DNA of 64,000 nucleotides from Utricularia gibba. Lineage: Eukaryota > Plantae > Magnoliophyta. The position numbers and the translations under genes are program-made. Shown here in pieces: positions 52,484 to 64,000 of this stretch. Location: contig CM007990.1 of NCBI GenBank assembly GCA_002189035.1, positions 992,001-1,056,000 on the forward strand, read 5' to 3'. How positions within the stretch are numbered: position 1 is the stretch's first letter; each line of letters opens with the position of its first letter. The notes beneath the pieces are model-generated. The model did no database searches, was not told the DNA's origin, and saw only the letters and a program-made list of their open reading frames with translations.

Positions 52484-53251
52484 AAATATAAAATGCAGGC
52501 TGCCCGTCCGGTTCGCGATCATCGGTTCACCATGAAGACGAGTAGTTTGTATATCTAAATTTATCGAATTAAAATTTGTTCATAAATATATATATCCAAT
52601 ACTTGTCTATTGAAAACATTTATTTTTATTATTAATATTTTTATTTTTTTAGTAAACATTCATATAAAATGTTCGGGCCCTCCGACCCCTTTGAAAATTA
52701 AACGTTCTAGTTGAAGTTTGCTCCATTATCGTGATACTAAATTAATGATCCATATATTATACATTTAGAATACTCAATTTTTATAATATTATATTATAAT
52801 ATTTTCAGGGTTTTATATTATAATATTTTGATGGTAACAAATGTTTGTTCGAAGACAATACATTTAATGAGATGCCAGAAGTGGAAGGGATTCGGTAAAA
52901 TTAAATTGGTTAGGTCGCATTTACAACGCATCTTGGCCCATCGCCCGGACATGCAATTTAGGTTTTTATATGGGGTCTCTTTGTAATTTAAGTTTTGTAT
53001 GAGGTGGGGTTGCAATATGAAACGGGTTCGCTTTGGAATTCGGTAAAGGTAGGGGGCTTTTAGAGGTGGAAAATAGAAATGTTACTGTGGGTAAATGGGA
53101 ATTTGGGGAACTAGAGGGGTGAATGTGAAATAGAGTTATTGACAGAAATGCATGTTTTAGCAACAAAGAGAGGCAGAGGCCCTGGGAGTCGCCATTGACA
53201 GTTGATCTCTGCGACTCGTGCTGCCTTCGGGATATCTGAGCCCCACGCGCT

Positions 53252-56111
53252 ATGGAGTTGCCGGAGATTTCAACCATGGCTTCGGCAATCGGAGTATCCG
53301 TTCCTGTTTTACGGTTCTTGCTTTGCTTCGTGGCGACTATTCCTGTCAGCTTTTTCCATCGGTTCGTTCCCGGGGGACCGACGGCCCGCCACCTCTATGC
53401 GGCCGTCACTGGAGCTGTTCTTTCCTATCTTTCTTTTGGGTTTTCTTCGAATTTGCATTTTATTGTGCCGATGCTTCTTGGGTACGCGGCCATGCTTTTT
53501 AATCGGAAGCATTGTGGGATTATTACTTTCTTTTTGGCATTTGGATATCTCATTGGATGGTAAGTTTTTTTTTTTTTTTTTGAATATCTGCTCGTGGCTA
53601 GACTCTAGCTTCTAGTTTGTTGGTTCTCTGATTCACCTGATTAGGTAATAGCATTTTTTTATTTGTTAATGACGTAGTTTTTTAAGGCTACTCAGAAAGG
53701 CTGGACGGCGAATTGAATGGACGGTCATTATGTTGTATATTAAAAAAAAAGTAGTTCCTTTTTACTTCAAACAGTAATTTTACATTTTCTTGGACTTCCC
53801 ATTTACAACAGTTCAAGAATTCGTTGAAGGATTGTGCTCAGCGCTAAAGTTACGCTTTTTGTTAATTCCTGAAATCATGTGGTTTCAGCCTGCTTAAAAT
53901 CGTACTCTTTCTGCGCGTAGTTCGATGTTCTTGTTCTGGATTCCTCAAAAGGCTTGTTTTTTTGTGAAAATGCCTGTTTTAGATCATGTTGTTTGTTGAT
54001 TGTAAGCATGGAAAAGTGTTTAGGAATGATACCTTTTGTCCTGGATTTTGGTTAACTTGTTTAGTTGGAGATTGGATTGGGTTATTTATTACTAGAGCCG
54101 ATTTTTATGCGCATGCAGCCATGTGTATTACATGAGTGGGGATGCGTGGAAGGAAGGAGGCATAGATGCGACGGGTATGCATATTTACTTCTGTTATTCG
54201 TCTCTGTCAGTGTTAAATGTTCCCTTTTTATCTTTGCGACGTGGATATTTAATGGTGGTTTCTGAATATATGTCTTTGTTCAAATGATTCAGCGATGCCA
54301 TTTCTATTTCATCTGTTATTCATGTTTTATTACCCGATGTTTAGGAGCACTAATGGTTGTAACGCTGAAAATCATATCCTGTGCTATTAATTACAATGAT
54401 GGGTTGCTGAAGGAGGAAGATCTGAGTGGTGCACAGAAGAAAAACCGGCTTCTCAAATTACCTTCTCTCTTTGAGTATGTGGGCTATTGTATGTGTTGTG
54501 GGACTCATTTTGCTGGTCCAGTATATGAGATCAAGGCTTATCTGGATTGGATTGAAAGGAAAGGGGTACTCTTTCTTACTTCTGCTTGATAGTTTCTACG
54601 TTCTTTTGAACAAAAAATTTACTGATTTAAACTCTAATACTACTTAATGTAGATCTGGCAATCAAGGGGAAAGGGATTGTCACCCTCTCCTTACTGGCAA
54701 ACACTCAGGGCTCTTCTGCAGGGAGTCCTTTCCATGGGGTTGTATCTTTACCTTATACCAAACTATCCTCTCTCCCGATTCACAGATCATGAGTACCAAG
54801 AATACAGTTTTGGGAAACGGTTATTTTACCAATATATGTCGTGCTTCTCCGCTCGTTGGAAGTACTATTTTATTTGGTCCTTGGCAGAAGCTTCGATAAT
54901 TATCTCTGGCTTGGGATTCAGTGGATGGTCAGATGGTAATCCACCGAAACCCCTATGGGACTCTGCTAAAAATATTGATATATTGGGTGTTGAGCTGGCC
55001 AGGAGTTCTGTGCAGCTTCCAGTTGTGTGGAATATTCAAGTCAGCACCTGGCTTAGACACTGTAAGTTTACTGAATTTGTATGTGTCGAGCGTGTGTTTC
55101 TAAGCATGAATTCTACTGAATTCCACATCAATTCCTTGATATGATTCATAGACTATATGATTGCTTGATAGATACAGTGATAGAAATTCTTGTTTGACAT
55201 GACATTTGGGATATGTCTTATAGACATGACTCTATACCCGAGTTACTTTGGAATGCTGCATTCCCCTAATATGTTTATGTTTGTAGTTTCATTGTAATGT
55301 CATTTTGCTAGGTCAATTTGCTACAATCTATCTTTCAATTGTGAGATTCGTCATCATCAGATTGTTTTCTTTGATACAGATGTATATGAGAGGCTGGTTA
55401 AGAAAGGCCAGAAACCAGGATTTTTTCAGTTATTGGGCACTCAAATTGTGAGTGCAGTTTGGCATGTAAGTTGACGCACTATCCTTTTCCTTTCAAGTGA
55501 ATTGCGGGTTCCCAGCCCCTTTTATTGCAGAGTGACAAATAAACAGCCAAGTGCTAAACAAATTGTGGATGTGCACTTCGTCTACTTAATCATTCAACTT
55601 GATGGCTTTTACAGGGACTGTACCCTGGGTACCTCATATTCTTTTTTCAGTCTGCTATAATGATTGCGGGATCGAGAGGTAACATGAGTGAACAAAACTG
55701 AGTGTCGCTTTAGATGATGGTTAATAGAGGTTTTTCATCAGTTCATTCTTTTCTCTACGAGCAGTACTCTACAGATGGCAGCAAGCATCCCAAGGTACAT
55801 TGACAAAGCAGTTCTTCACTTTGGTCAACTTCGCTTACACGCTTCTGGTTCTCAACTACTCGGCCGTTGGATTCTTGGTCAGTCATTTTCCTCTTTTTCT
55901 CATATTCGTTATAAACTTCTTCACCATGGCATCCCATAAGCAATTAACAACTTCCTACGGTGCACAGGTTTTGAGCCTCCATGAAACCTTGGCTGCTTAT
56001 GGGAGTGTGTATTACATCGGCACCATTATCCCAGTCAGTTTGATCCTGCTAGGAAACATCATCAAGCCAGCAAGGAAGCCCAGATCATCGAAAGCTCAAA
56101 AGGATGAGTGA
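53252..56111 (+). CDS. LPCAT: Lysophospholipid acyltransferase (LPCAT/LPLAT, MBOAT family), multi-exon
   Basis: MASAIGVSVPVLRFLLCFVATIP, MSGDAWKEGGIDAT, HFAGPVYE, RWKYYFIW, WNIQVSTWLRH and catalytic VWH/GLYPGY. Confidence 0.95.
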
Positions 56112-56790
56112 GTCTGAAGTTGCAACTCTGGGGATTTTCTTCTTTGATTTATGAGCTTGGGAGATTGGTGATCTTGTAGAACTCGAACTAGCTCCCTGCA
56201 TTTGAGTTTGGTTTGTAGTTGGGGTAATGTATGGTACCATACGGCAAACATGGGTGCTGAGCGTTGCTTTCAGACTTTAATGCTACCTTTTTTGGATGAA
56301 AAATGGCGTCCTGCTCCCAGAAACCATGAATGAGTAATGACAGAATCTCTGTGAATCCCCGACAAAGAATTGATTTTTAAAAAGGGAGACAAACGACTAT
56401 AACTACCTGAAAGTTGACTTTTCCTATAAGCAACAGAGACCGCCATATTTCCCTTCTAGTGCCTCCGGTCGAACGGAAAAGCGAGAGACTGTACACCTAA
56501 TCCCTCCCATTTCGGAACTGTTGGTAATACAGTAGGGAGTGAGTGAAGATGACTTCAACGGAAACCCAGAATCTCCTTCAGACATGCACACCGTTTAAAA
56601 CGTCTTTCTTTTTGAATTCGCAAGGAAAGTATCGAAAAAGTGGGGGACATGGAGCGCCTTTAGGTGCTTAAGTCTCTTACTTTTCTTTCGGGAGTTCGTT
56701 CGGTGATATTTTGTTACAGTTTCAGCCTTTTCTTCGTCGTCTCATTTGTTTCATTTCTCCCTCTCCGGTTGCGCTTGATCGGAGACGGAG

Positions 56791-58435
56791 ATGAAGAGGG
56801 AAGATCAATCCAGGTCTCTCTTGGGGATATCTCTCACTGGCAGACCCATTTGGCAACAGTTCTTGATCTGTTCTTGTGGGTTCTTCTTCGGTTATCTAGT
56901 TAACGGCATTTGTGAGGTATTTACACACTATCTGCCATGGAGCTTCACATGGGCGTTTTCACTTTCAGATTGATGCATTCATTTCTTGTGTTGTATGGAC
57001 TGTTTTCATTTGGGAGCATTAATTTCTTGACAATTTCAAATCTTTTACGAGCCCCATCTTTGTTTCTCAATGATTCGTGGACGATTTCAAATCATCTCCA
57101 TGAGCTTGTTTTAAACTGAACGAAGAAGCTGATATATTGCCATTTCCAATGTGCATGATGCAGGAGTATGTATATAATCGCCTAAATTTCAGGTATCCTG
57201 ATTTTCTCCTCCTAGTTCAGTAACGGGTTTCTCGTTTGTGAGAAGAGTTGATTTCCTATGCAGCTATGGCTGGTACTTTACCTTCGTTCAAGGCTTTGTA
57301 TATCTGGGTCTGATTCACCTGCAAGGCTTCACGACGAAGCAGATGATGAATCCCTGGAAAACTTACATCAAGCTCTCTGCTGTCCTCATGAGTTCCCATG
57401 GCCTTACCAAGGGCTCCTTGGCTTACCTTAACTATCCTGCACAGATCATGTTCAAATCCACCAAGGTTTCATCTCTTCATATCCCTCCCAGACTTGTTGT
57501 CTGAAATGTCTGAAATAGTTAGCACATTTGCTTGCTATCACTGTAACTGTGCACAGCAATGCTTGCTCTGTATCCCGGCCATTTCGTTTCTGACTTGATT
57601 GAGCTGCAGGTTCTTCCAGTCATGGTAATGGGTGCATTTATCCCTGGTTTGAGGAGGAAGTATCCACTCCATGAGTACATCTCTGCAGTCCTTCTGGTCG
57701 TGGGGCTGATCCTCTTCACCTTAGCAGACGCCAGCACTTCTCCGAACTTCAATGTCATCGGAGTCATGATGATCTCCGGTGCCCTTATCATGGATTCCTT
57801 TCTGGGTAATCTGCAAGAGTCCATTTTTACAATGAACCCCGAAACCACACAGGTACACTGCTTTCAAACCTACTGCTTCTTCCTGAAACCAAACTTGCTG
57901 AACTCTGTTTCCATGATTTCCCATAGACGGAGATGCTGTTTTGCTCGACGCTGGTCGGTTTGCCGATGCTTGCACTTCCAATGGTCTTGACCGGAGAGCT
58001 ATTCAGAGCATGGAGATCCTGCTACGAGGTGCCGAACTTTCTTCCTCAAGAGACTGATCTGATCTAATGCTGTATGGTTTTGACTCTTTGTAGCATCCGT
58101 ACGTCTATGGGGTGCTCGTCTTCGAAGCGATGGCGACGTTTATCGGCCAAGTCTCCGTTTTGTCCCTCGTCGCTCTGTTCGGAGCAGCCACCACCGCCAT
58201 GGTAACAACAGCAAGAAAGGCGGTCACCCTGCTGCTCTCCTACATGATTTTCACGAAGCCCATGACGGAGCAGCACGCCTCAGGTCTACTCCTGATAGCC
58301 ATGGGAATCCTCCTCAAGCTTGTACTCGAGAGCACTCCAAATCCAGATTCCTCCGGTGGGCAGCGAAAGTTTCCGGCGCCGGAAAAGCACGGGGACAGGG
58401 ATGAAGAAGAAGAGGCAGTAACACCATTAGTATGA
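56791..58435 (+). CDS. Nucleotide-sugar transporter UTR2/UTR4 (SLC35B3-like), multi-exon
   Basis: [59 protein letters not shown] and [22 protein letters not shown]. Confidence 0.93.
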
Positions 58436-58833
58436 CGACCACTTTCTTGATGCCTCACAGGTCACCATTAGAGCTTCCATAACTGTCTCGTGTTAATGGA
58501 AGTGTGGAACTGTGTGTGACAGTGTGTGTACGGCCAGGTGCACATTTTAATTATTATTTAATTCATTTTTTTTTATAGATTTTTAATTCGAAAAAAATGT
58601 GATATTTAGGAAATATAAAATTTTCAATTATAAGATATTTATTATCAAATATTTGGTTTCTTTTTAAAAAATAATTTATTTTATTATAAGTATTTTTAAA
58701 AATTTCTGTTTTTTGTCACAAAATTCATGTTTAACAAAATAATTTCTGAAACATTTTTATATAAAAATAGGTTATTTCAAAGATAACGTTATACTATAAA
58801 TAGAACTAAACACGCACGCCAATTAGGATTCAA

Positions 58834-59475
58834 ATGTCACTAAAATTGGAAGACCCGCCAGTCCGATTTCGACAAATATCTCCTCCATCGGCGGTTCAGC
58901 AACCGGCTTCAGATTTCAGGCTGGATGAGGGCATCATCTCACGCCAGATGGTAACGGAGTGCCTGCCTAGTAGCCCATCTTTGAAAAGAAGTGAAGAGAG
59001 CGGCATAACAGCAGTACATGAAGTAAAATGTAAACTTTATGTAAAGGTAAATATCCTTGAGAGCACCCATCTGAGATGAGGGCGTTGAATTTGTGTGAGA
59101 AGTTTGGTTTCCTTACATTTTTTTGCTGCTATGTGCTTTTAACTGTTTGTATTGCATCATATTTCTCTGCTCAAGTGATCCAGCGGATAAAGATGCTTGG
59201 AAAAATAGAGGCATTGGTGATATAAGTGTCAAATTCAAGGAAGGATTGAATAAGTTCACCAAAGAGTGTAAACCTACCATTGTCACGCGCAATGCTGTAG
59301 GATTCATTTCTGTGTGATTGATTGCTGCAAGTTATTGTGTGTGTAATTTGCTAAACGTATTTCTGTGGATATATTTCACTTGCTGCATGTCGGAACACTT
59401 CTACTTAATGCATCACTGTATCCTGGCATCAAAACAACCTTGCAAAAGAATTCTTTAGCTATAATATTACATAGT
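58834..59475 (+). pseudogene. Truncated Ran-binding-domain (NUP50/Nup2-like) gene remnant
   Basis: PSSPSLKRSEESGITAVHEVKCKLYVK / SSDPADKDAWKNRGIG..KECKPTIVTRNA / VGTLLLNASLYPGIKT. Both acceptors lack AG (CTGC at 59170, GCAT at 59388), and the N-terminal region and last exon are not found. Confidence 0.75.
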
Positions 59476-60285
59476 CTATGTACTGCCCCTGAAGTTCCTG
59501 TTCTTTCTCATATTATTCTGCATCTTAATCATTAGTTTTTTATTGATCTTAAGACACAGGATGAATGAGTTGAATCCCATTCGATGCCCATCCCTCATTG
59601 CTGAGATTTTGTGGGTCTGAGTATCTATCTCATTTTTTGGGGGATACCCATCCCCCACTAAAAACACCTACCTTTGCCCCACTAGCATTCATGAGGAGCT
59701 CCCTCCGGCACTCCATTCCCTTACCAGTAGAAAGGACACCACCCCTTCACGTGCATCATACAGACATCACAGAGAGTTCACTTTCTGGTCTCTCGGGTTC
59801 CGTGTTGCTTTCTTTTATCTACTATTGTCAGGTTTCTCTGTAGCGAGGCGTATCCCATCTAATGTTGCTCAACTTGGAGATCACTATACAAGAAGGTAAC
59901 ATTTACACCTATAACTACTGTTGGTTGAGTGGAAGTTGGCCAGCTGAGGATTGACATGAGACAACATTATCCCTCCATTGTTGTATAACGAGTTGGCACC
60001 CTGAAACCATCTCCAGAGAGAGGCCAGAGCACAGCGTTTAGGGAGGGGCGGGGCTTCCCCAGTGTAACTTCACTTTCACCTCACCACCATCCCATCCAAC
60101 CTGCGGCTGCTGCTGTAGTTGCAAGTATGCCACATGCAAATTCTAATCTTGCTTGATATGATTTTGAAAATTAACCATTTTATTTTTACTGTCAGTGAAA
60201 AATAATCAGACTACGTGTAAAATTTTTAGTCATTGTGTAAGAGAATTTGGAGATGTTTACTTTTCAAAAAAAACTTGATCCTAAT

Positions 60286-60430
60286 AGGCATCAAGGTGTG
60301 GTTCATGTCTATAGTTAAAATTTCAGAAAAATTTCTCATTTTGAAGAAAAAGATCAGCTTTCTGGAAAATTTCAGAAATGTTTTATTTCATCAAACATCC
60401 AAAATCTGAAATTTCACCATACACATGCCT
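60286..60430. mobile_element. Possible degenerate MITE-like inverted-repeat remnant
   Basis: Left end AGGCAT...AAATTTCAGA and right end TCTGAAATTT...ATGCCT are imperfectly complementary. No target-site duplication confirmed. Confidence 0.25.
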
Positions 60431-62750
60431 CATTATATGTAATTATACTATGTTTAATCTATAAGTTGAAATAAATTTAGGATTATATGAATTCGTTTAA
60501 TTTCATAGAGTTAGGTTTATTTGTATCCAGAAACTTACATTCTTATACTCCATCCCACATTCTTTCATTTTAAACTTCTTCTATGATTTATATTTTTTGA
60601 AAAAATTTTGAATCATGTGGATTTTTATAATATTTTGAATGTTTTTTGTAGTATAATGTAATTAATAATGTATTTGATTTATTTGTATTTCCGATAAACA
60701 TGTATTATATGTTTAAAATTAAAATGTACTTGAGTTTAGAATATATGCATTTAAATAATATTATATTTAGTATATGTGTTTAAAATAAATATTTTATAAA
60801 TTGGGTAGTTTATCAAAACTTAAGTATAATTTGAGTTTTGAAATATATAGTTTGAAGTATTTTATAGAAGTTTGTAAGACAATTTTATATTATTAAACTA
60901 AACTACTAAATATATATATTAGTCTTACTACATTATTTAAATAATAAAATAAAATTATAAACACATTCCCTATAATATCATATATTTTTTAAGAAATTTT
61001 AATTAATTATAAATATTATAACACACATATCTATATATATAATTATTTTTAAATATTTTATAAATAAATTTTTTATAATAACATTCTCTAATATGTTAAT
61101 GTTTTTTCAAATAACTAATTTTATCTAAATTAACGGCATCCGTATTTTATATTAAATAAGTTAAAAATCCTATAATAAGGGGAAGGAGGGGTATTTTCGT
61201 CGTTTCACTAATAAATTAATGAAGTCCCCTCGATATTTGTGGAAAATAATTTCCACAATAAATAGGGGCAGCCACCACCATGATTGGAAAGAGAAGGAAT
61301 ATTAAATGCCATTTTTTGATAAAAATCGACCAAAATTTCCGAAATTAGCATATTTAAAAAAGAAAAAAGAAAAAAGAAAAGAAATCTTTTCACGCTACAG
61401 CTTTAGCAATCAGAGTTCAGGGCATGGGTCCCACATTCTGATCAAGAACCTAGAAGGTAACAAGGTGAGTTGGATCCCCGGGCTTTAAATTTGGCCCCGA
61501 AATTTTGAGTTATTTACAATTTCTACCCCTATGTGTCGTGTATTTTGCCTTAAACCCCAACGGCCCTTCGGGTCTCCTTCGAAGACTCTCGCTGGTGCGA
61601 CGAAGAAAAAGCCTGTGACTCTGTGGAGTGAGAGTGACCAACGTGTAAGAACATCTCTTGCTCTTGGGATTCGGGTTTACGGATACGGGAAGATACGATA
61701 GTTGAAAAGTAGGAATCAGGGGAGGAGGTGGCTGACTCGCTGATGTGATGATCGTGTTCTTTTTTCTTTTACGAAGGATGGAAAAAACGACGGTTCTTTG
61801 ATGTCGTTTTTTTGTGGTTGTGTTGATACGGCTTGGATTTGGCGTGTGAGGGTGGCTTGTCGTGATGAATGTTGGGTTTTTTTTTGACAATGTGGGTGGT
61901 ATGATACATGATGATCATACGATGATTTTCTTTCTGCTATTTGATTGAGTTCTCGTGTTATTGGTGATGCTGGTGTTACTGTTTCTTCCGTTTGTGAATC
62001 CGTGTTTAAGTGTGAGCTTGCGGTTTTTGATGTGGATGAGTTTGCATGCAGTTGAGGTTGTGGGTTTTTCTTTAATGTGATGTGATCAAATCTCTTTCTT
62101 GGAGTTTATAGTGTTCTGTCTAGTGCAGGTTCATATTGGACTGTGATTAACCCGGCAACGGCGTTGTTTTTAATCATGTTCCATTTTTTTAAGTTGTCTT
62201 CTTCTGCGTTTCTATCAAGTGATGTGAAGCTGTTGTGCAGTCTGTTAAACATGATTATGTTTTTGTTTTAAGGTCTTTTGTATGATGAGAGGGTGCCTAA
62301 TGGGAGAAATAATATTGGGATCAACTGTTATTTAACAGGGATTGGTGACCTTTCTGATTACTTGGTATTTTCATATTGATTACACTTATGTTAGATGGTG
62401 AATGCCATCAGATACTAGTTTGCAGTAGGGTTTATTTTTCAAAAAACCCAGTCAATTTTCAGCTACGGTGCGTGAGTGTCCTGCATTCCTATTGGACCAA
62501 GTAAAAATTTATAAGGAAACTCTTTTTTATTCCATTGTGTTTTTGCAATCCATCACATGATGTCCTGTTTATCATTAAATATTTGGTGATCATATGAATA
62601 TCTATTTTTTATTTTGATTTATGGATGTGAATCTCATTATATTACGAGAAACTAATCTTACCTTTCTCTCCCACGTCAGGTGTTGAGATTATGCTCCACT
62701 TCAGGTGATCAATGTGAGTGCTTCTTCACAGGGAACACTTAAGAGGTTCA

Positions 62751-63714
62751 ATGGATTGTGACCTGCATGAAGTTCAGCAAGTCACATCTGGTCGCCTGAG
62801 GGGGTTTATTTCAGTATATTATCTGATCAAGATGCTGTAAGTTCTCATAATTCTATCCTATTTCTCTATGGGTTTTCCCAGTTTCAGCAATGAGACTTAA
62901 TTAATTCGAAACTGTAACGGAGAATTGCTTGAGTTTGTTTCTGTATTTGTGCATAGGAAAAGATTTCCACGATGGTGGTTAACAGTCCCAATGAAGTGTC
63001 TGATGCTGCATTGGGACTCCCTACTATGAATGCCACAGAATGCATTACATGCGGTGCTACAAACTCAAGGGATTGTGAAGGTAAGCCCTGGGATCTTTAA
63101 CTTCATAGATTCTTTTTATTGACTGATGCTGAGCAATGTTGCAGGGCATTTTGGTAAGATCAACTTCCCACATACAATTCTCAATCCTTACTACATGTCA
63201 GAAATTGCACAAATCCTCAATAAAATATGTCCTGGCTGTAAAACTCTTCGGCGTGGTAGAACGAAGGTTAGCAGAAAATTCATACTATAGCATAGAATAT
63301 TAGCCTGTTTACATTTGAATACCTAAACTAATGCTTAGCTGCTTTGCTTTTAACGAAACCTAATGTTTCATTCAGAAAGCTGATTCTGAATCAACCCAGT
63401 TGCTGCAGAGTTGCAAATATTGTAGGGTGAGTTGATGAGGAGTTTCTGTTCATTTCATGAGATTCACTATAAATGACTTTGTTAGACATGTTTTTCAGGG
63501 GAATTCTTCTGATGGCTATCCCAGAATGAAGTTTAGAGTTTCTTCAAAAGATGTATTTTCAAGGACTGCTATTATTGCACAAGTTGACGACAAGATGTTG
63601 AAAGATGGCCACACCAGAGGTTTGGCTCCTGACTATTGGGATATAATTCCTAACGATTCTGCTCAAGAACAAATCGGCTTGCCATCAATCCGAAGAGTTC
63701 TATTTCCTTACCAA
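62751..63714 (+). CDS. NRPD1: RNA polymerase IV largest subunit, first five coding exons (62751-62836, 62957-63080, 63145-63266, 63376-63426, 63499-63714); continues past the window; apparent frameshift at 62800-62804
   Basis: LGLP...CITCGATNSRDCE/GHFGKINF..ILNPYY..LNKICPGCK, SCKYC, GYPRMKFRVSSKDVF and PDYWDIIPND match NRPD1 domain A. Confidence 0.9.
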
Positions 63715-64000
63715 GTAAAATTGCAATGAGACTTTATCTTTCTGTGACTGTTTGACAACAATTCTCCTTACTGTTCGTTCTCTAAATAAATCCAATTTTT
63801 TTTTACTTTTTTTTTTAAATTACACTCAAAGAAGTTTGATGTTTGTCCAATGTTTTCGGCTTTTAAAGTTGGAGTACTGTGGAGGAACATCATACCTATA
63901 GTACTCTAATGTCTCTTGTTTTTAATTGCATATTGTAACACTCATAGTTTTGAATAAAGCATTGCATCATGTGTTATCCTATACCTCTAAAAATAGTGAA

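Noticed and set aside
61740-62360. Repeated RTGATGA (C-box-like) words suggesting a C/D snoRNA cluster
   Set aside because: No suitably spaced CTGA D boxes, terminal stems or rRNA-complementary guides could be identified.
2911-62804. Programmed ribosomal frameshifting or transcriptional slippage as a shared recoding system across eight genes
   Set aside because: The genes are functionally unrelated, no common slippery heptamer or stimulatory structure is visible, and orthologues are normally in frame. Homopolymer sequencing error is far simpler.
1-64000. tRNA, rRNA, miRNA hairpins, CRISPR arrays and prokaryotic operons
   Set aside because: None was recognisable by eye. tRNAscan-SE or Infernal would be needed to exclude small RNAs formally.

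Overview
This is plant nuclear DNA, not prokaryotic: it has GT-AG introns, AT-rich spacers and conserved eudicot genes. It is very gene-dense, with about 21 protein-coding genes and 2-3 pseudogene fragments in 64 kb, short introns and no recognisable intact transposon. The 11S globulin resembles sesame-type 11S as I recall it, so a compact-genome Lamiales plant such as a Lentibulariaceae species is plausible, but that is inference. Gene order: GLTP(-, partial), NAC(+), JmjC/JMJ19-like(+), MNS3(-), U-box/ARM(-), S26-like peptidase(-), 11S globulin(-), TGD1(+), DOHH pseudogene fused to a zinc-finger fragment(-), histone H1(-), PRA1(+), DRIP RING ligase(-), FBL17(+), Barentsz/CASC3(-), SYS1(+), small plastid protein(-), PXA-PX sorting nexin(-), formate-THF ligase(+), MFAP1(-), LPCAT(+), UTR2/4(+), RanBD/NUP50-like pseudogene(+), NRPD1(+, partial). 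Main caveat: I count 11 one-base-short G/C homopolymers that frameshift 8 otherwise intact genes, which most likely reflects sequencing or assembly error. I found no strong evidence of a new multi-gene system. The best leads are a chimeric zinc-finger/DOHH pseudogene, a JmjC pseudo-enzyme, NMD-type 3'UTR introns in Barentsz, and an H1 frameshift that would give a protamine-like Arg-rich tail if real. All family assignments come from recalled protein sequences, not database searches.
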